DNA of 64,000 nt from positions 96,784 to 160,783 of the forward strand of contig JBCCFL010000007.1 of NCBI GenBank assembly GCA_039029735.1, read 5' to 3'. This document shows, one piece after another, positions 27,459-36,730 of the stretch. The notes beneath the pieces were generated by a model that saw only the letters and a list, made by a program, of their open reading frames with translations, made no database searches and had not been told where the DNA came from. The position numbers and the translations under genes were made by a program. The stretch's first letter is position 1. Each line of letters begins with the position of its first letter. The DNA is from Actinomycetota bacterium. GTDB taxonomy: Bacteria; Actinomycetota; Acidimicrobiia; Acidimicrobiales; SZUA-35.

Positions 27459-29789
27459 CTACCCGTCGTCGTCGAGGTCGGTGTCGGCGTTGAAGTCGAC
27501 CTCGGCACCAGGGTCTCCGATCACGTACTCCTTGGGGTCGGCCACGATGTCGAGCCCGGCCTGCCCGGAGTCGGCCACGGCCTCACCGTCGCAGTTGTAG
27601 GCCTCCACCACCTTCAGCCCCGGCGCGAGGTCGAGCTCGATCGACTCGCCAGGGGGGATCACCGTGTCGGGGTCGAGCTGGTCGAGACCAACGGGGCCCG
27701 AGCCCTGGGGGTTGATGGCGAGGCCGCACACGTCCACGTCGGTGATGTTCAGCCACGTGGTGGTGACGACCGGAACCTCATCCTCGGTGAGCACGATGCC
27801 CTCGGCGAACACCAGCTCGCCGTCGAGGAAGAAGCCGAGTTCATAGAGCCCGGCTTCGAGCCCGGTCTCGTCGTCGATGGCGCACATCCAGAAGTTCTCG
27901 CCCCGGTCGCCGAACTCCCACGACTGACCGAGCAGGCTGAAGTCACGCACGATCGACTCGTTGTAGTACCAGATGCCGTCCCACTGGGCGCCGTCGGGGA
28001 TGCCCGACCAGTCGACGAAGAGGCACAGCTCGGTGATGCCGCCGGTGGCGGTGAGGATCGTCTCGGTCGGGGCGTTGTTCTGCTGGCCGATCGAGAAGCG
28101 AGGCTTCACCACGCTCACGTCGCCGAGGTCGACCTCCACGGCCGGCTCGGCGGTTTCGAGAGCCTTCGGGGTGGCCTCATCGGCCGCCGCGATCAGGGGG
28201 AGCGCGAGGTTCACAGGGCGCAGGCCGTTCAGGAAGCCGCCGATCGGCACGCAGTTGTCGTTGTCGTCCACTTCGCCGTCGCCGTTGGTGTCGGCCAGCG
28301 GGCGGCAGTCAACGGCAGGGCCGTTCTCGCTGGCCCGCGCCTTGGTGGGCACACCGATCAGCTGCCCGGTCTCGTTGATGGCGGCGCCGCCGCTGTTGCC
28401 GCCGGCGATGGTGGCGTCGGTCTTGATGAGGGCCCGGTCGCCGATGCCGGCCTGGGCGGTGAAGCCACTGACGGAGCCGTCGGTGAAGGTGATCGTGTCG
28501 CCCCCGATCTCGGGATACCCGAGGATGCGAAGGCTGTCGCCGATCGTGAGAGCATCGGAGTCGCCGAGGTCCATCGCCGGGAACGTGGCGGGGAGCGCAC
28601 CTGCGCCGTCGAGCACGTCTGACACACCGAGCACGGCGAGGTCGATCTCGTCGTCGATGGCGAGGAGATCGGCGGCGTAGAGGAGCTGGGGTGGCTGGCC
28701 GGCGTCGTCGGTTACGGCCACTCCGAGCGATTCGAAGTCACACAGCGAGTCGCGGGTCACCACGTGGGCGTTGGTGAGGATCATGCCCTCGGTGGACACG
28801 AACGTGCCGGAACCAGAGCACAGCGGGCTGCCGGTGCGGTCGAGGCCCACGATCTGCACGGTGGCTCGCGCCAGCTCGTCGACCGAGGGGGCGGCGGCCA
28901 GATCCTGCGAGGCTGGTTCTCCCCCACTGCGCAAGGCCACGAAGGCGAGAACGGCGATTCCCACCACGCCGCCCACGAGACCGACCCGGGCGGGCAATGA
29001 CCAGCCGCCCGACGGGCGACGCAGGCTGCGGAGAGGGCCGAGCCGGCTCCCCGTGATCTCGGCCCCGGGCTCGGCCGGGGCCATGGGGCCGCTGGCTGGC
29101 GGGGCTGGGCTGTCGGCCCCGAGGAGCGTCGGCTCCTCGGTGGCGCCGATGAAGGTGGGGCCCGATACCTCGACTGCGGGCACTCCGGGGTCGGTGGTGC
29201 GGATCCGGGGCGGCTTCGGCGGGTCGCGCCGGTCGATGAGGTCGGGTTCGTGGAAGCCGCTCGACGCGTGTTCTGCCGAAACGTCGAACCGGCCGAGGGC
29301 GGCGTCGGCATCAGAAGCAGGGGGGCCAACCGGGTCGACCGATGGCAGGAAGTCCGATCGGTCGATCGGGTCGATCGTGGGATGGACCACGAGCGGTTCA
29401 GGCGGGTGCAGCATCGCCGTGGTCTCGTCGAGGTCATCAACACCAGCACCGGGTTCGGCGGGGATGGCATCGGCTGGGCCCGGGAACGCCTGCACCGAAG
29501 GCATCGGCGGCGACGACGGGGCCGGCTGCACCGGCTGTGATACCGAGGGTTGAGCTGGTGGGCCCAGGGCCGTGTTGAGTTGGGCGAGATCCTCTGGACT
29601 CAAAGGCGCCACACGAGCGGGTGGCGGCCCGGTGACGGGCGGAACCTTCACCGTGGGCTCGTGGCCGTCAGTCAGGTCGAACTCCAGATTCGACACCTGC
29701 CTGGTTTCGTCGACATCAGACGACAACCAGTTCGGCGACGCATCAGGAGAGGATGGTGACTTCCTCGTCCCTGAATCGTCGTCGACCAC
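27459..29789 (-). CDS. Membrane-anchored trypsin-like serine protease (S1C-like, no PDZ seen) with Pro-rich N-terminus and unknown C-terminal domain
   Basis: TM VGLVGGVVGIAVLAFVAL. Catalytic His LTNAHVV, Asp IDLAVL, Ser GGNSGGAAI. About 270-aa Pro-rich N-terminal region and about 250-aa C-terminal region. Confidence 0.8.
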   Translation of the reverse strand: MVDDDSGTRKSPSSPDASPNWLSSDVDETRQVSNLEFDLTDGHEPTVKVPPVTGPPPARVAPLSPEDLAQLNTALGPPAQPSVSQPVQPAPSSPPMPSVQAFPGPADAIPAEPGAGVDDLDETTAMLHPPEPLVVHPTIDPIDRSDFLPSVDPVGPPASDADAALGRFDVSAEHASSGFHEPDLIDRRDPPKPPRIRTTDPGVPAVEVSGPTFIGATEEPTLLGADSPAPPASGPMAPAEPGAEITGSRLGPLRSLRRPSGGWSLPARVGLVGGVVGIAVLAFVALRSGGEPASQDLAAAPSVDELARATVQIVGLDRTGSPLCSGSGTFVSTEGMILTNAHVVTRDSLCDFESLGVAVTDDAGQPPQLLYAADLLAIDDEIDLAVLGVSDVLDGAGALPATFPAMDLGDSDALTIGDSLRILGYPEIGGDTITFTDGSVSGFTAQAGIGDRALIKTDATIAGGNSGGAAINETGQLIGVPTKARASENGPAVDCRPLADTNGDGEVDDNDNCVPIGGFLNGLRPVNLALPLIAAADEATPKALETAEPAVEVDLGDVSVVKPRFSIGQQNNAPTETILTATGGITELCLFVDWSGIPDGAQWDGIWYYNESIVRDFSLLGQSWEFGDRGENFWMCAIDDETGLEAGLYELGFFLDGELVFAEGIVLTEDEVPVVTTTWLNITDVDVCGLAINPQGSGPVGLDQLDPDTVIPPGESIELDLAPGLKVVEAYNCDGEAVADSGQAGLDIVADPKEYVIGDPGAEVDFNADTDLDDDG

Positions 29790-29811
29790 GATCGCCCTCT
29801 TTCGTTCGTCG

Positions 29812-30672
29812 TCAGACCAGACTACCGGCCACCCTCAGAGCCCGGTGATCGGAGCTGAAACCGCTCCCGGTGAAGGGTTCACCGTCGGCCCAGAGGTCGG
29901 CATTGGTCTGGACCTCCACACGGCGCCCCCGAAAGGTCGTGACAGCGGGGTGCCGGACGTGGCGGCCGGAGAACACGGTAGGCAGCATGCGTCCGAGTTC
30001 GAAACGGGTGGTCGAACCCACCACCGTGACGTCGAGGAGACCGTCGGTGTGGTCGGCATCGGGGCAGATCGCCATCCCGCCGCCGAAGAACCGGGAGTTG
30101 GCCACGGCAAAGAAGCTGCAGGCCGTGTCGATCGTGGTGTCGTCGATCGTGATCGACAGCTCGATCGGACGGAGGGCATACAGTTCGCGGAGGGTGGCGA
30201 TCGTGTAGCGGGACTCGCCGCGGGGGAACCGCATGGCGTTGGCCCTGGCGTTGACCCGGCCCGAGAACCCGGCGGTGATGATGCTGGCGGCGTACGTGCC
30301 CTCGTCGCTCTTGATGATGTCGACCGGGGTGGGCTCGTCGAGAGCCCTGGCCACCGCGTTGGTGACGTCGGTGGGCAGGTCGAGGGCCCGAGCGAAGTCG
30401 TTGCCGGTGCCACCCGACACCAGGCCAACGGGGATGTCGGAGTGGGCGAGAGCGGGCAGGGCCCTGTGGATGAGGCCGTCGCCGCCTGCCACCACCAGGC
30501 GCGTCATGCCGTTGGCGATGGCCGCCCGGACCTCGTCCGCCACCTGGGCGGCCGCAGTTGGGCGGATCTCGACTGCCTCGTGGCCGTGCTCGGCCAGGGC
30601 GGCCACGATCGCCGCGTCGGTCTCGTCGTTGCCACGACGGGCCGGATTGACCAGAAGGTGGACGGTAGCCAT
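29812..30672 (-). CDS. Diacylglycerol/lipid kinase family protein (YegS/BmrU-like)
   Basis: LVVAGGDGLIHRAL, VSGGTGNDFARAL motifs. Start ATG 30672 (MATVHLLVNP). Confidence 0.8.
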   Translation of the reverse strand: MATVHLLVNPARRGNDETDAAIVAALAEHGHEAVEIRPTAAAQVADEVRAAIANGMTRLVVAGGDGLIHRALPALAHSDIPVGLVSGGTGNDFARALDLPTDVTNAVARALDEPTPVDIIKSDEGTYAASIITAGFSGRVNARANAMRFPRGESRYTIATLRELYALRPIELSITIDDTTIDTACSFFAVANSRFFGGGMAICPDADHTDGLLDVTVVGSTTRFELGRMLPTVFSGRHVRHPAVTTFRGRRVEVQTNADLWADGEPFTGSGFSSDHRALRVAGSLV

Positions 30673-30899
30673 GAGAACGCCAACGCTAGCCGTCGCGCCC
30701 GGTTGCGCCCCACTGAGGCGCTGACCAGGGGATACGCCCGCACGGGCAACGCGTGGACAACCGACCCTGAGAGGCCTGGGGGTGGCCCCAGGGACCAATG
30801 GGGTCTGGCCCCTATTTCGCTTTTCGGGCACCCGGTCGAGGATGTCGTTGTCGGCTCAACGGCGCGCCGACCAGCTCTCCACTCAAGGCTCGGAATCCC

Positions 30900-31523
30900 A
30901 TGACCACAGCACTCGCTGAAAAACCGAACCCCACCACGACCCGCACCTTCGCAGCGCCGGCCCCCACCCAGCGCCGCACGGGTCACACCCCAATCGCCTC
31001 CGTGACCACGGCGACGCTCGGCCGTTCGACGCTCTCCTCCAGTCGAACGGCCGAGCACACGGCGACCGAGGCGGCGCCAACGGATCTGGCGTCGTTCGAT
31101 CGGTTGTACGAGCAGCGCTACGAGCCGATGGTGCGCCTGGCCTGCCGCTTCGTCGACCGCCGAGCGGTGGCCGAGGACGTGGTGCAGGACTCGTTCCGCC
31201 AGCTGTGGCAGAAGTGGGGCACGGTGACCTCGCCTGCCTCCTATCTGCGGACCTCGGTGGTGAACGGCTGCCACAACGAACTCCGCCGGCGCCGGGTGCG
31301 CCGCGACTCGTGGCACAAGCTCATCGAGGGGCCCGACGCCGAGAGCGACTATCTCGCTGATGCGTTGGCCAGCATTCCCGAACCGCGCCGCCGGGCCCTG
31401 GTACTCCGTTTCTACGGCGGCCAGACCATGCAAGAGATCGCTGAGGTGATGGACGTGCCGATCGGCACCGTCAAGAGCCTCATCCACCGGGGGCTCGCCG
31501 ATCTGCGCGGCGTGCTCAATTAG
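30900..31523 (+). CDS. ECF-type RNA polymerase sigma-70 family factor
   Basis: Region 2 VAEDVVQDSFRQLW and region 4 HTH TMQEIAEVMDVPIGTVKSLIHRGLADLR. About 65-aa Thr/Ala-rich N-terminal extension. No adjacent anti-sigma recognised. Confidence 0.8.
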   Translation: MTTALAEKPNPTTTRTFAAPAPTQRRTGHTPIASVTTATLGRSTLSSSRTAEHTATEAAPTDLASFDRLYEQRYEPMVRLACRFVDRRAVAEDVVQDSFRQLWQKWGTVTSPASYLRTSVVNGCHNELRRRRVRRDSWHKLIEGPDAESDYLADALASIPEPRRRALVLRFYGGQTMQEIAEVMDVPIGTVKSLIHRGLADLRGVLN

Positions 31524-31529
31524 AGAAGT

Positions 31530-31557
31530 ATCCGCCCGTTTCGGCGGACGGGCGGAT
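31530..31557. terminator. Hairpin after the sigma factor gene
   Basis: ATCCGCCCGT-ttcggcgg-ACGGGCGGAT, a 10-bp perfect stem 7 nt after the stop. Confidence 0.55.
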
Positions 31558-31564
31558 TGATCGC

Positions 31565-31600
31565 CCCGTCAGGGCTCCTGCGGTGGGGAGCCCTGACGGG
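31565..31600. terminator. Hairpin after the convergent GNAT gene
   Basis: CCCGTCAGGGCTCC-loop-GGAGCCCTGACGGG, a 14-bp perfect stem. Confidence 0.55.
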
Positions 31601-31615
31601 CAAAGACCACGCGGC

Positions 31616-33469
31616 TCAGCTCGGTTCGTCCGGGTGTGGCTGCGGCGGCGGGAACCTATCCATCGGGTCCGGGCTTGCCTCTCCCCCCGGACCCGAGGGT
31701 GGGTACACGCTGGAATGACGTAGCGGTCCCGGCTCTGGTCGGGGCCGTTGCCCATTTTCGGGGTCTGTCTCGTCGACGGGCGGCGGAGGGCCGGCGGGTG
31801 GGTGCGTCGGAGCGAGCGGAGCTGGAGGGGGCGCCGACGAGTGTGGCGGCGGGGCTGATGGCGGCTCAGCCATTGGCGGAGAGGTCGACGGCGGCTCAGC
31901 CATTGGCGGCTCAGCCATTGGCGGTGAGGTCGACGGCGGTGGCTGCGGGGCGAACTCGTCCTCGGGCGGCGGCAGCTCCGATGGCGGGCGCATGAACCGC
32001 GTTGGAAGCTCCGGTTCGTCGTCGCGCACGACCGGTGAGAGCGACATGGTCGACTCACCCTGCCTCGGCAATTCCCCGTCCACGTCGAACTCGTCGAGCG
32101 CGGGGAACACGGTGTCGTCGTCGCGTGCGTCGGCCTCATCGGGCGCCGACCACGGCGGTGGGGCCCAGATCTCGGGCATCTCGGAGGGGCGGATGGTGTC
32201 GACGTCGGGGTCGATCTCGTGGCCGTTGCTTGCCGGACCGATGCCCTCCAGGATCGATGGTGACACGGGCTCGGTGTTGGCGAGGTCGATCCCGTCGGTG
32301 GTGCCGGGGTCGGTGCCGTTGTTGACGCTCCCGTTCGTTGCACTGTGGCCGTTCGTGCCCGTGAGTTCGGGGTCGGCGGCGGCGTCGGCCTCGGATCGCT
32401 CGGGATCCACCGACGATTCGTCATGGGGAGGCTCCGCTGGCTCGGCCAGGGCTGGATGCGTCGCGGCGGGTTGCGCCTCCGGCGGGAACGGGGTCGGCGG
32501 GAGAGGAACTGGCGGGTCGACCACCTGCCGTGCCGCCGGGGCTTGCGCCGACGCCGGGGTCGACTCTTCAGGGGGCGGCGGTGCCACGGGCAGGCCGACG
32601 AACTCGATGTTGAGATGCGTGGAGTGCGCCCGGAACCCGATGCGGGGATAGAGGGCATTGGTGGTGGCGTTGTCGAGTTCGGTGAAGAGGGTGCAGGTGT
32701 GCACGTCGGCCCGATCGAGCATCCGACGGACGAGGGCGGCGGTACAGGCGGCGGCGAGCCCTCGCCGCCGGGCGTGGGGTGGGGTGTACACGCCATGGAT
32801 CCTGGTGACTCCCCCGGCGGGCGTGCTGGCCCACGCCATGGCCCGAGGGGCATCGTCGACCCAGAGAGCAACCTCGCCGGCCTCGATCTTCCACGTGAGC
32901 CGGGCCCGCAGGGTTGCCACCGCATCGGCGCTCGGCGCAGAGGTCGGCGGCGGGCCAACCGAGACGTCTCGCTGGAAGCCGACCGCCCAGTCGTGCACCA
33001 GGTCGAGGTCGTCGACCGTTGCGATGCGAAGCTCACCGGGAACTGTTGGCGGGTCGACCACGTCGGTGGCGGTGAAGTAGCGCACGGTGGAGGCCACGCG
33101 GGCGCCGAGGCGCCAACGGGCGGACCAGTCGGCGGCCGCCTCGGCCACGAGGCCGGCGCGGCCAGTCATGCCGGTGAGGTGGAGATCGGGATCGCCGGCC
33201 GCGCTGTCGTGCACGGCGTCGAGCAGGGGCGCCACGTAGTCGGGGTCGGCGGCCCAGACCACTGCAGGGCGATCACCGATCACGGCGCAGTAGGAGTTGA
33301 GTACGCCCTGGGTCTCGATCCACCAGAACTGCGATCCCGGGTTGAGCTCAGGGGGCTGCATCAGGGCGGCATAGACCACGTTGTGAGTGACGGGTTCGGG
33401 CTCGAAGCAGGACGCGAGGGCCCGACGCGCCACCATCACGTCAGAGGTCACATGAACGCTGCCCGCCAT
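31616..33469 (-). CDS. GNAT family N-acetyltransferase with about 330-aa Pro-rich disordered C-terminal tail
   Basis: Acetyl-CoA motif HGVYTPPHARRRGLAAACTAALV..NALYPRIGF. The tail contains PPSTSPPMAEPPMAEPPSTSPPMAEPP repeats. Confidence 0.75.
   Translation of the reverse strand: MAGSVHVTSDVMVARRALASCFEPEPVTHNVVYAALMQPPELNPGSQFWWIETQGVLNSYCAVIGDRPAVVWAADPDYVAPLLDAVHDSAAGDPDLHLTGMTGRAGLVAEAAADWSARWRLGARVASTVRYFTATDVVDPPTVPGELRIATVDDLDLVHDWAVGFQRDVSVGPPPTSAPSADAVATLRARLTWKIEAGEVALWVDDAPRAMAWASTPAGGVTRIHGVYTPPHARRRGLAAACTAALVRRMLDRADVHTCTLFTELDNATTNALYPRIGFRAHSTHLNIEFVGLPVAPPPPEESTPASAQAPAARQVVDPPVPLPPTPFPPEAQPAATHPALAEPAEPPHDESSVDPERSEADAAADPELTGTNGHSATNGSVNNGTDPGTTDGIDLANTEPVSPSILEGIGPASNGHEIDPDVDTIRPSEMPEIWAPPPWSAPDEADARDDDTVFPALDEFDVDGELPRQGESTMSLSPVVRDDEPELPTRFMRPPSELPPPEDEFAPQPPPSTSPPMAEPPMAEPPSTSPPMAEPPSAPPPHSSAPPPAPLAPTHPPAGPPPPVDETDPENGQRPRPEPGPLRHSSVYPPSGPGGEASPDPMDRFPPPQPHPDEPS
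31863..31938. repeat. Short in-frame tandem repeats inside the GNAT tail
   Basis: GGCTCAGCCATTGGCGG occurs at 31863 and 31892, a 15-nt copy at 31909, and (A/T)GAGGTCGACGGCGG occurs twice. Encodes the MAEPP / PSTSP units. Confidence 0.85.
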
Positions 33470-33631
33470 CGCCTCTCAGTGTCGCATGTCGACGTCGCTA
33501 CGCACACCTGATTGTCGAGGCACACCGGGCGCCCGATCACCTTTTGCCCAGTAAGAGAAGGTGGTTGTACCAGCCGTTCACCGGGCCTCTACTGACGGGT
33601 GCGGTGGTGGTGGTGTGGCGGCGGGGCCCTG

Positions 33632-34630
33632 TCAGCTACCGGGGACGGTGCCCTCGGCGGAAACGGTGCTCTCGGCGGCGGCGTTGATGTTCGACGCGAG
33701 CGAGGCAGAGGCAGCGTGCTGCTGTTCGACGGCGCCGGCGATGCCCGTCTGGTAGTCGTTGATTTCGGCCATCTGGGCGCCCATCTGTTCGAGTTCGGCG
33801 CGCAGTCGAGCGATCTGTTCGGCGTTGCTGGTGAGCTTGGCGCCGATGTCGGCCGTGACCTTGCCGGTCTGACTGGCGAGATCTTTCACCTCACCCGCCA
33901 CCACGGCGAATCCTCGGCCGGCCTCGCCGGCCCGGGCGGCTTCGATGGTGGCGTTGAGGGCGAGCAGCTTGGTCTGGTCAGCCACGGCGTCGATCGATGA
34001 CAACGCGTCGTCGATCTCCGCCCGCCTGGCGTCGAGGCTGGCCACGTCGGCGGAGATGGTTGCCGTATCGCGCTCGGCTGCGTCGGCGAGCGAAGCAGCC
34101 TCGCCTGCGTTGGCTGAGATCTCGCTGATCGAGTGATTCAGCTCGGCGATCGCAGCTGCCGCCGAGGCGAGCTGGTCACGGAGCTTGCCCACCCGCATCT
34201 GCTCGTGGCGCAGGTCCGACACGTCGTCGAAGGTCACCACGTAGCCAACGTGGCGGTCTCCGGGGGCCATGAACCGATCGATCGTGGTGCGCAACGTGGT
34301 GTCGCCGAACGAGAACTCGGCTTCGTGGGGAAGGGCGATGCCGCCCTCGCTGCGGAGGATCTGCTCCACCCGCTCGGGGTCCTGGTGGAACCGGTGGATC
34401 GAGCCGTCGGCCAGCTGGTTGAACGTAACGCCGAAGGCGGCCTGGATGTCGTGCTCGATCGCAGCCAGGGATGCGGCTGCGGCTCGATTCATCCACTGCA
34501 GGTTGAGGTCGAGGTCGGCGAAGAGAACGCTGCTGGCGAGCGCGTCGAGCAGCGACTTCATCGGCGCGAGTGCGTCATTGAAGTCAGCCGAACCCGAACC
34601 CCTACGCCGTTCAAGCAGTCGGTGCGCCAT
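33632..34630 (-). CDS. Soluble methyl-accepting chemotaxis protein-like transducer (PAS-like N-terminus plus MA signalling domain)
   Basis: [35 protein letters not shown] hairpin-tip motif. No TM segment. AGGGAGG Shine-Dalgarno before ATG 34630. Confidence 0.8.
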   Translation of the reverse strand: MAHRLLERRRGSGSADFNDALAPMKSLLDALASSVLFADLDLNLQWMNRAAAASLAAIEHDIQAAFGVTFNQLADGSIHRFHQDPERVEQILRSEGGIALPHEAEFSFGDTTLRTTIDRFMAPGDRHVGYVVTFDDVSDLRHEQMRVGKLRDQLASAAAAIAELNHSISEISANAGEAASLADAAERDTATISADVASLDARRAEIDDALSSIDAVADQTKLLALNATIEAARAGEAGRGFAVVAGEVKDLASQTGKVTADIGAKLTSNAEQIARLRAELEQMGAQMAEINDYQTGIAGAVEQQHAASASLASNINAAAESTVSAEGTVPGS

Positions 34631-34753
34631 CGTTGGTGCCTCCCTCGAACCACCCAATCGGCCGATCGGGCACCGGCTTGAGGCGAACCGCTAAGGGTGG
34701 GTCGGAACGACAACGGGCCGCTTCGTAGCGGCCGCTAGCCTGACCACTGCCCA

Positions 34754-34826
34754 GCCCTCGTAGCTCAGTGGATAGAGCGTCGGTTTCCTAAACCGTGCGT
34801 CGCAGGTTCGATTCCTGCCGGGGGCG
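34754..34826 (+). tRNA. tRNA-Arg (anticodon CCT)
   Basis: Cloverleaf by eye: acceptor GCCCTCG/CGGGGGC, D-arm GCTC-AGTGGATA-GAGC, anticodon loop TTCCTAA, T-arm GCAGG-TTCGATT-CCTGC. CCA not encoded. Confidence 0.85.
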
Positions 34827-35564
34827 CCGCTCAGCGCATCCGACATGCACGCCGCCGACCGCCTGGCCAGGCGTCCGACGGCGGCGATCTGGACTGGAAC
34901 CACGCACCGCCGCCGCCCGAGCGAAGGCGAGAGCCGCGGCGGCGTGGCCGGCGATGGCAAACCATGGCAACTGGGCGTCGCCGGCATAGCGCCAGACGTA
35001 GTCAGAAGTGCCGTACCACTCGCACGCCCCGCCCAGAACGCCACCGGCGAGCAGCACCATCCAATCGTGGTCGGACCGGGTGGCCAGCACGAGAGCACCC
35101 CAGCCCACCGCCAGGGTCGGCCACAACCCCGACCCGACCTCGTCGACGCCGAAGTCGACCATCACCACCACCACAGCCAGGACCATCACCAGGCCGGCGC
35201 CGCGGCCGATGCGCTGCACGCGGTCGTGGCGATGCACCAGTGGTGCGCCCCGTAGCACCACGCCGGTGACCGCCAGGCCGAGGAGGCCCCAGGCCGGAAC
35301 GATCCAGAGCGGCGGTTCCTCGCCCGTGTAATACTGCCATGCCCCCGTCACCGTGCCGAGGTACTCGATGGCGAACCCGCCCACGAGTGAGACTCCGAGC
35401 TCCACTCCGACGGCGTGCCTCACCTGGAGGGCGGCCACCAGCAACACGGCGAGCACCAACGGGAGCTTCGGGTTCGGCGCCGCCAGGAACTCGGCGAGCA
35501 ATGTTGGCCGCCACACGAGGCTCGACATGGCAAGCAACGCGATCAGCCCGAACACGGTGCGCAT
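34788..35564 (-). CDS. Polytopic membrane protein, unknown function
   Basis: About 7 hydrophobic segments (e.g. GFAIEYLGTVTGAWQYY, PLWIVPAWGLLGLAV). The 3' end runs 39 nt antisense into the tRNA-Arg gene. Start ATG 35564 chosen over the upstream Arg-rich extension. Confidence 0.55.
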   Translation of the reverse strand: MRTVFGLIALLAMSSLVWRPTLLAEFLAAPNPKLPLVLAVLLVAALQVRHAVGVELGVSLVGGFAIEYLGTVTGAWQYYTGEEPPLWIVPAWGLLGLAVTGVVLRGAPLVHRHDRVQRIGRGAGLVMVLAVVVVMVDFGVDEVGSGLWPTLAVGWGALVLATRSDHDWMVLLAGGVLGGACEWYGTSDYVWRYAGDAQLPWFAIAGHAAAALAFARAAAVRGSSPDRRRRTPGQAVGGVHVGCAERRPRQESNLRRTV

Positions 35565-35629
35565 GCGAGCCACCGGTGACGGGTGCCGCACGCTGCGCTC
35601 GCCATCGATGCGCCGCCAGCCACAGACCA

Positions 35630-36730
35630 TCATGTCAACACGGGACAGGGCGACGACGTGTGCCCGTAGGCCGACGTCGCCTTGGGCGGAGCCGAAGGCT
35701 CGCGAGTCAACTCCACCCGGATCCCGGCGTCTTCTCGCAAGATGATCACACCACCTCGCAGCGCCCGGTCCGCCGGCCACACCACGAAGCGCCCGTTGTC
35801 GTGAATGAAGAGCCGCATGCCGTCGTAGCGAAAGCGATACCCGGAGGCCTGCTCGGCATCGTCACCCATGTTCGCCCCGGCCGTGTCCGGGCCGAGATCA
35901 GCCGTCTCGATGCCGTCGTGCTCGAGGTACAGCGCGTTGAGGCTGTAGACGGCCACCAAAGGAAACCCGTGACAGTTGGCCTCGTTGCGCTCCGCCTGCG
36001 CCTGGCCCCGCAGCTGGGCGTAGTGCCGCGTGGTCTCGAACACCCCGTACGACGTCGAGATGACGAACACCAGCGTGAGCACAGCCATCGTCGAGCGTGT
36101 CTCGACCCGTCGACGCTTGCGCGCCCCAGCCGAGCCGAATGCACTGTCGAACGTCTCCCGATGGAGGTAGTAGGCGTACCCCATCACGAGTGAGCCGACG
36201 AGCCAGATCGCCGCCGCCTGCCACGGGTGGCCGAGCAGGATCAGGCGCCCGTTGGGGAGCCGGAAGTGCCGAGCGTTCCAGCTCCCATACAGAAGCACGA
36301 GCCCGACTACTGCGGTTGCGGGCCCCACGACCCAGGCGACCGTTCTCGCAACCGTCGGACCCTGGGCGATGACCGAGAGGGCCAGCCGCACGCCGACATG
36401 GCCCACGGCGACGAGCGTCGCCACGATCAGCACCGTGCGCATCGGCTCGACCGTGACGTTGAGGCTGCGAATGACGAAGTCGGTGGTGGTGAACTCGAGG
36501 CCCCGGTAGTTCACGCCGAGGGCGCCGTACAGCGCCCTCGTGTAGGCAACCCCAAAGTAGTAGAAGAGCCCAGTGACGAATGAGCCCGGAATCACGACGG
36601 CCGCCAGCCGCCGAGCGAGATCGAACAGGAGGGCGGCATCGTCGCGAGCCACTGGCGTCTGTTTGGGCGGCCGTGCCCCGCGCCCCGGCACCGGAGCCGC
36701 CATCGAACTCGAACGTCGCCGACCGCTCAT
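35630..36730 (-). CDS. Membrane protein with C-terminal soluble domain, unknown function
   Basis: 366 aa. Several TM helices, then FPLVAVYSLNALYLEHDG..YRFRYDGMRLFIHDNGRFVVWPAD. Strong GC3. Confidence 0.6.
   Translation of the reverse strand: MSGRRRSSSMAAPVPGRGARPPKQTPVARDDAALLFDLARRLAAVVIPGSFVTGLFYYFGVAYTRALYGALGVNYRGLEFTTTDFVIRSLNVTVEPMRTVLIVATLVAVGHVGVRLALSVIAQGPTVARTVAWVVGPATAVVGLVLLYGSWNARHFRLPNGRLILLGHPWQAAAIWLVGSLVMGYAYYLHRETFDSAFGSAGARKRRRVETRSTMAVLTLVFVISTSYGVFETTRHYAQLRGQAQAERNEANCHGFPLVAVYSLNALYLEHDGIETADLGPDTAGANMGDDAEQASGYRFRYDGMRLFIHDNGRFVVWPADRALRGGVIILREDAGIRVELTREPSAPPKATSAYGHTSSPCPVLT

Noticed and set aside
31863-31938. Short tandem repeats as a CRISPR-like or minisatellite locus
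   Set aside because: The repeats are 15-17 nt, in frame, and lie inside a coding low-complexity tail. There are no spacers or cas genes, and no CRISPR array exists anywhere in the window.
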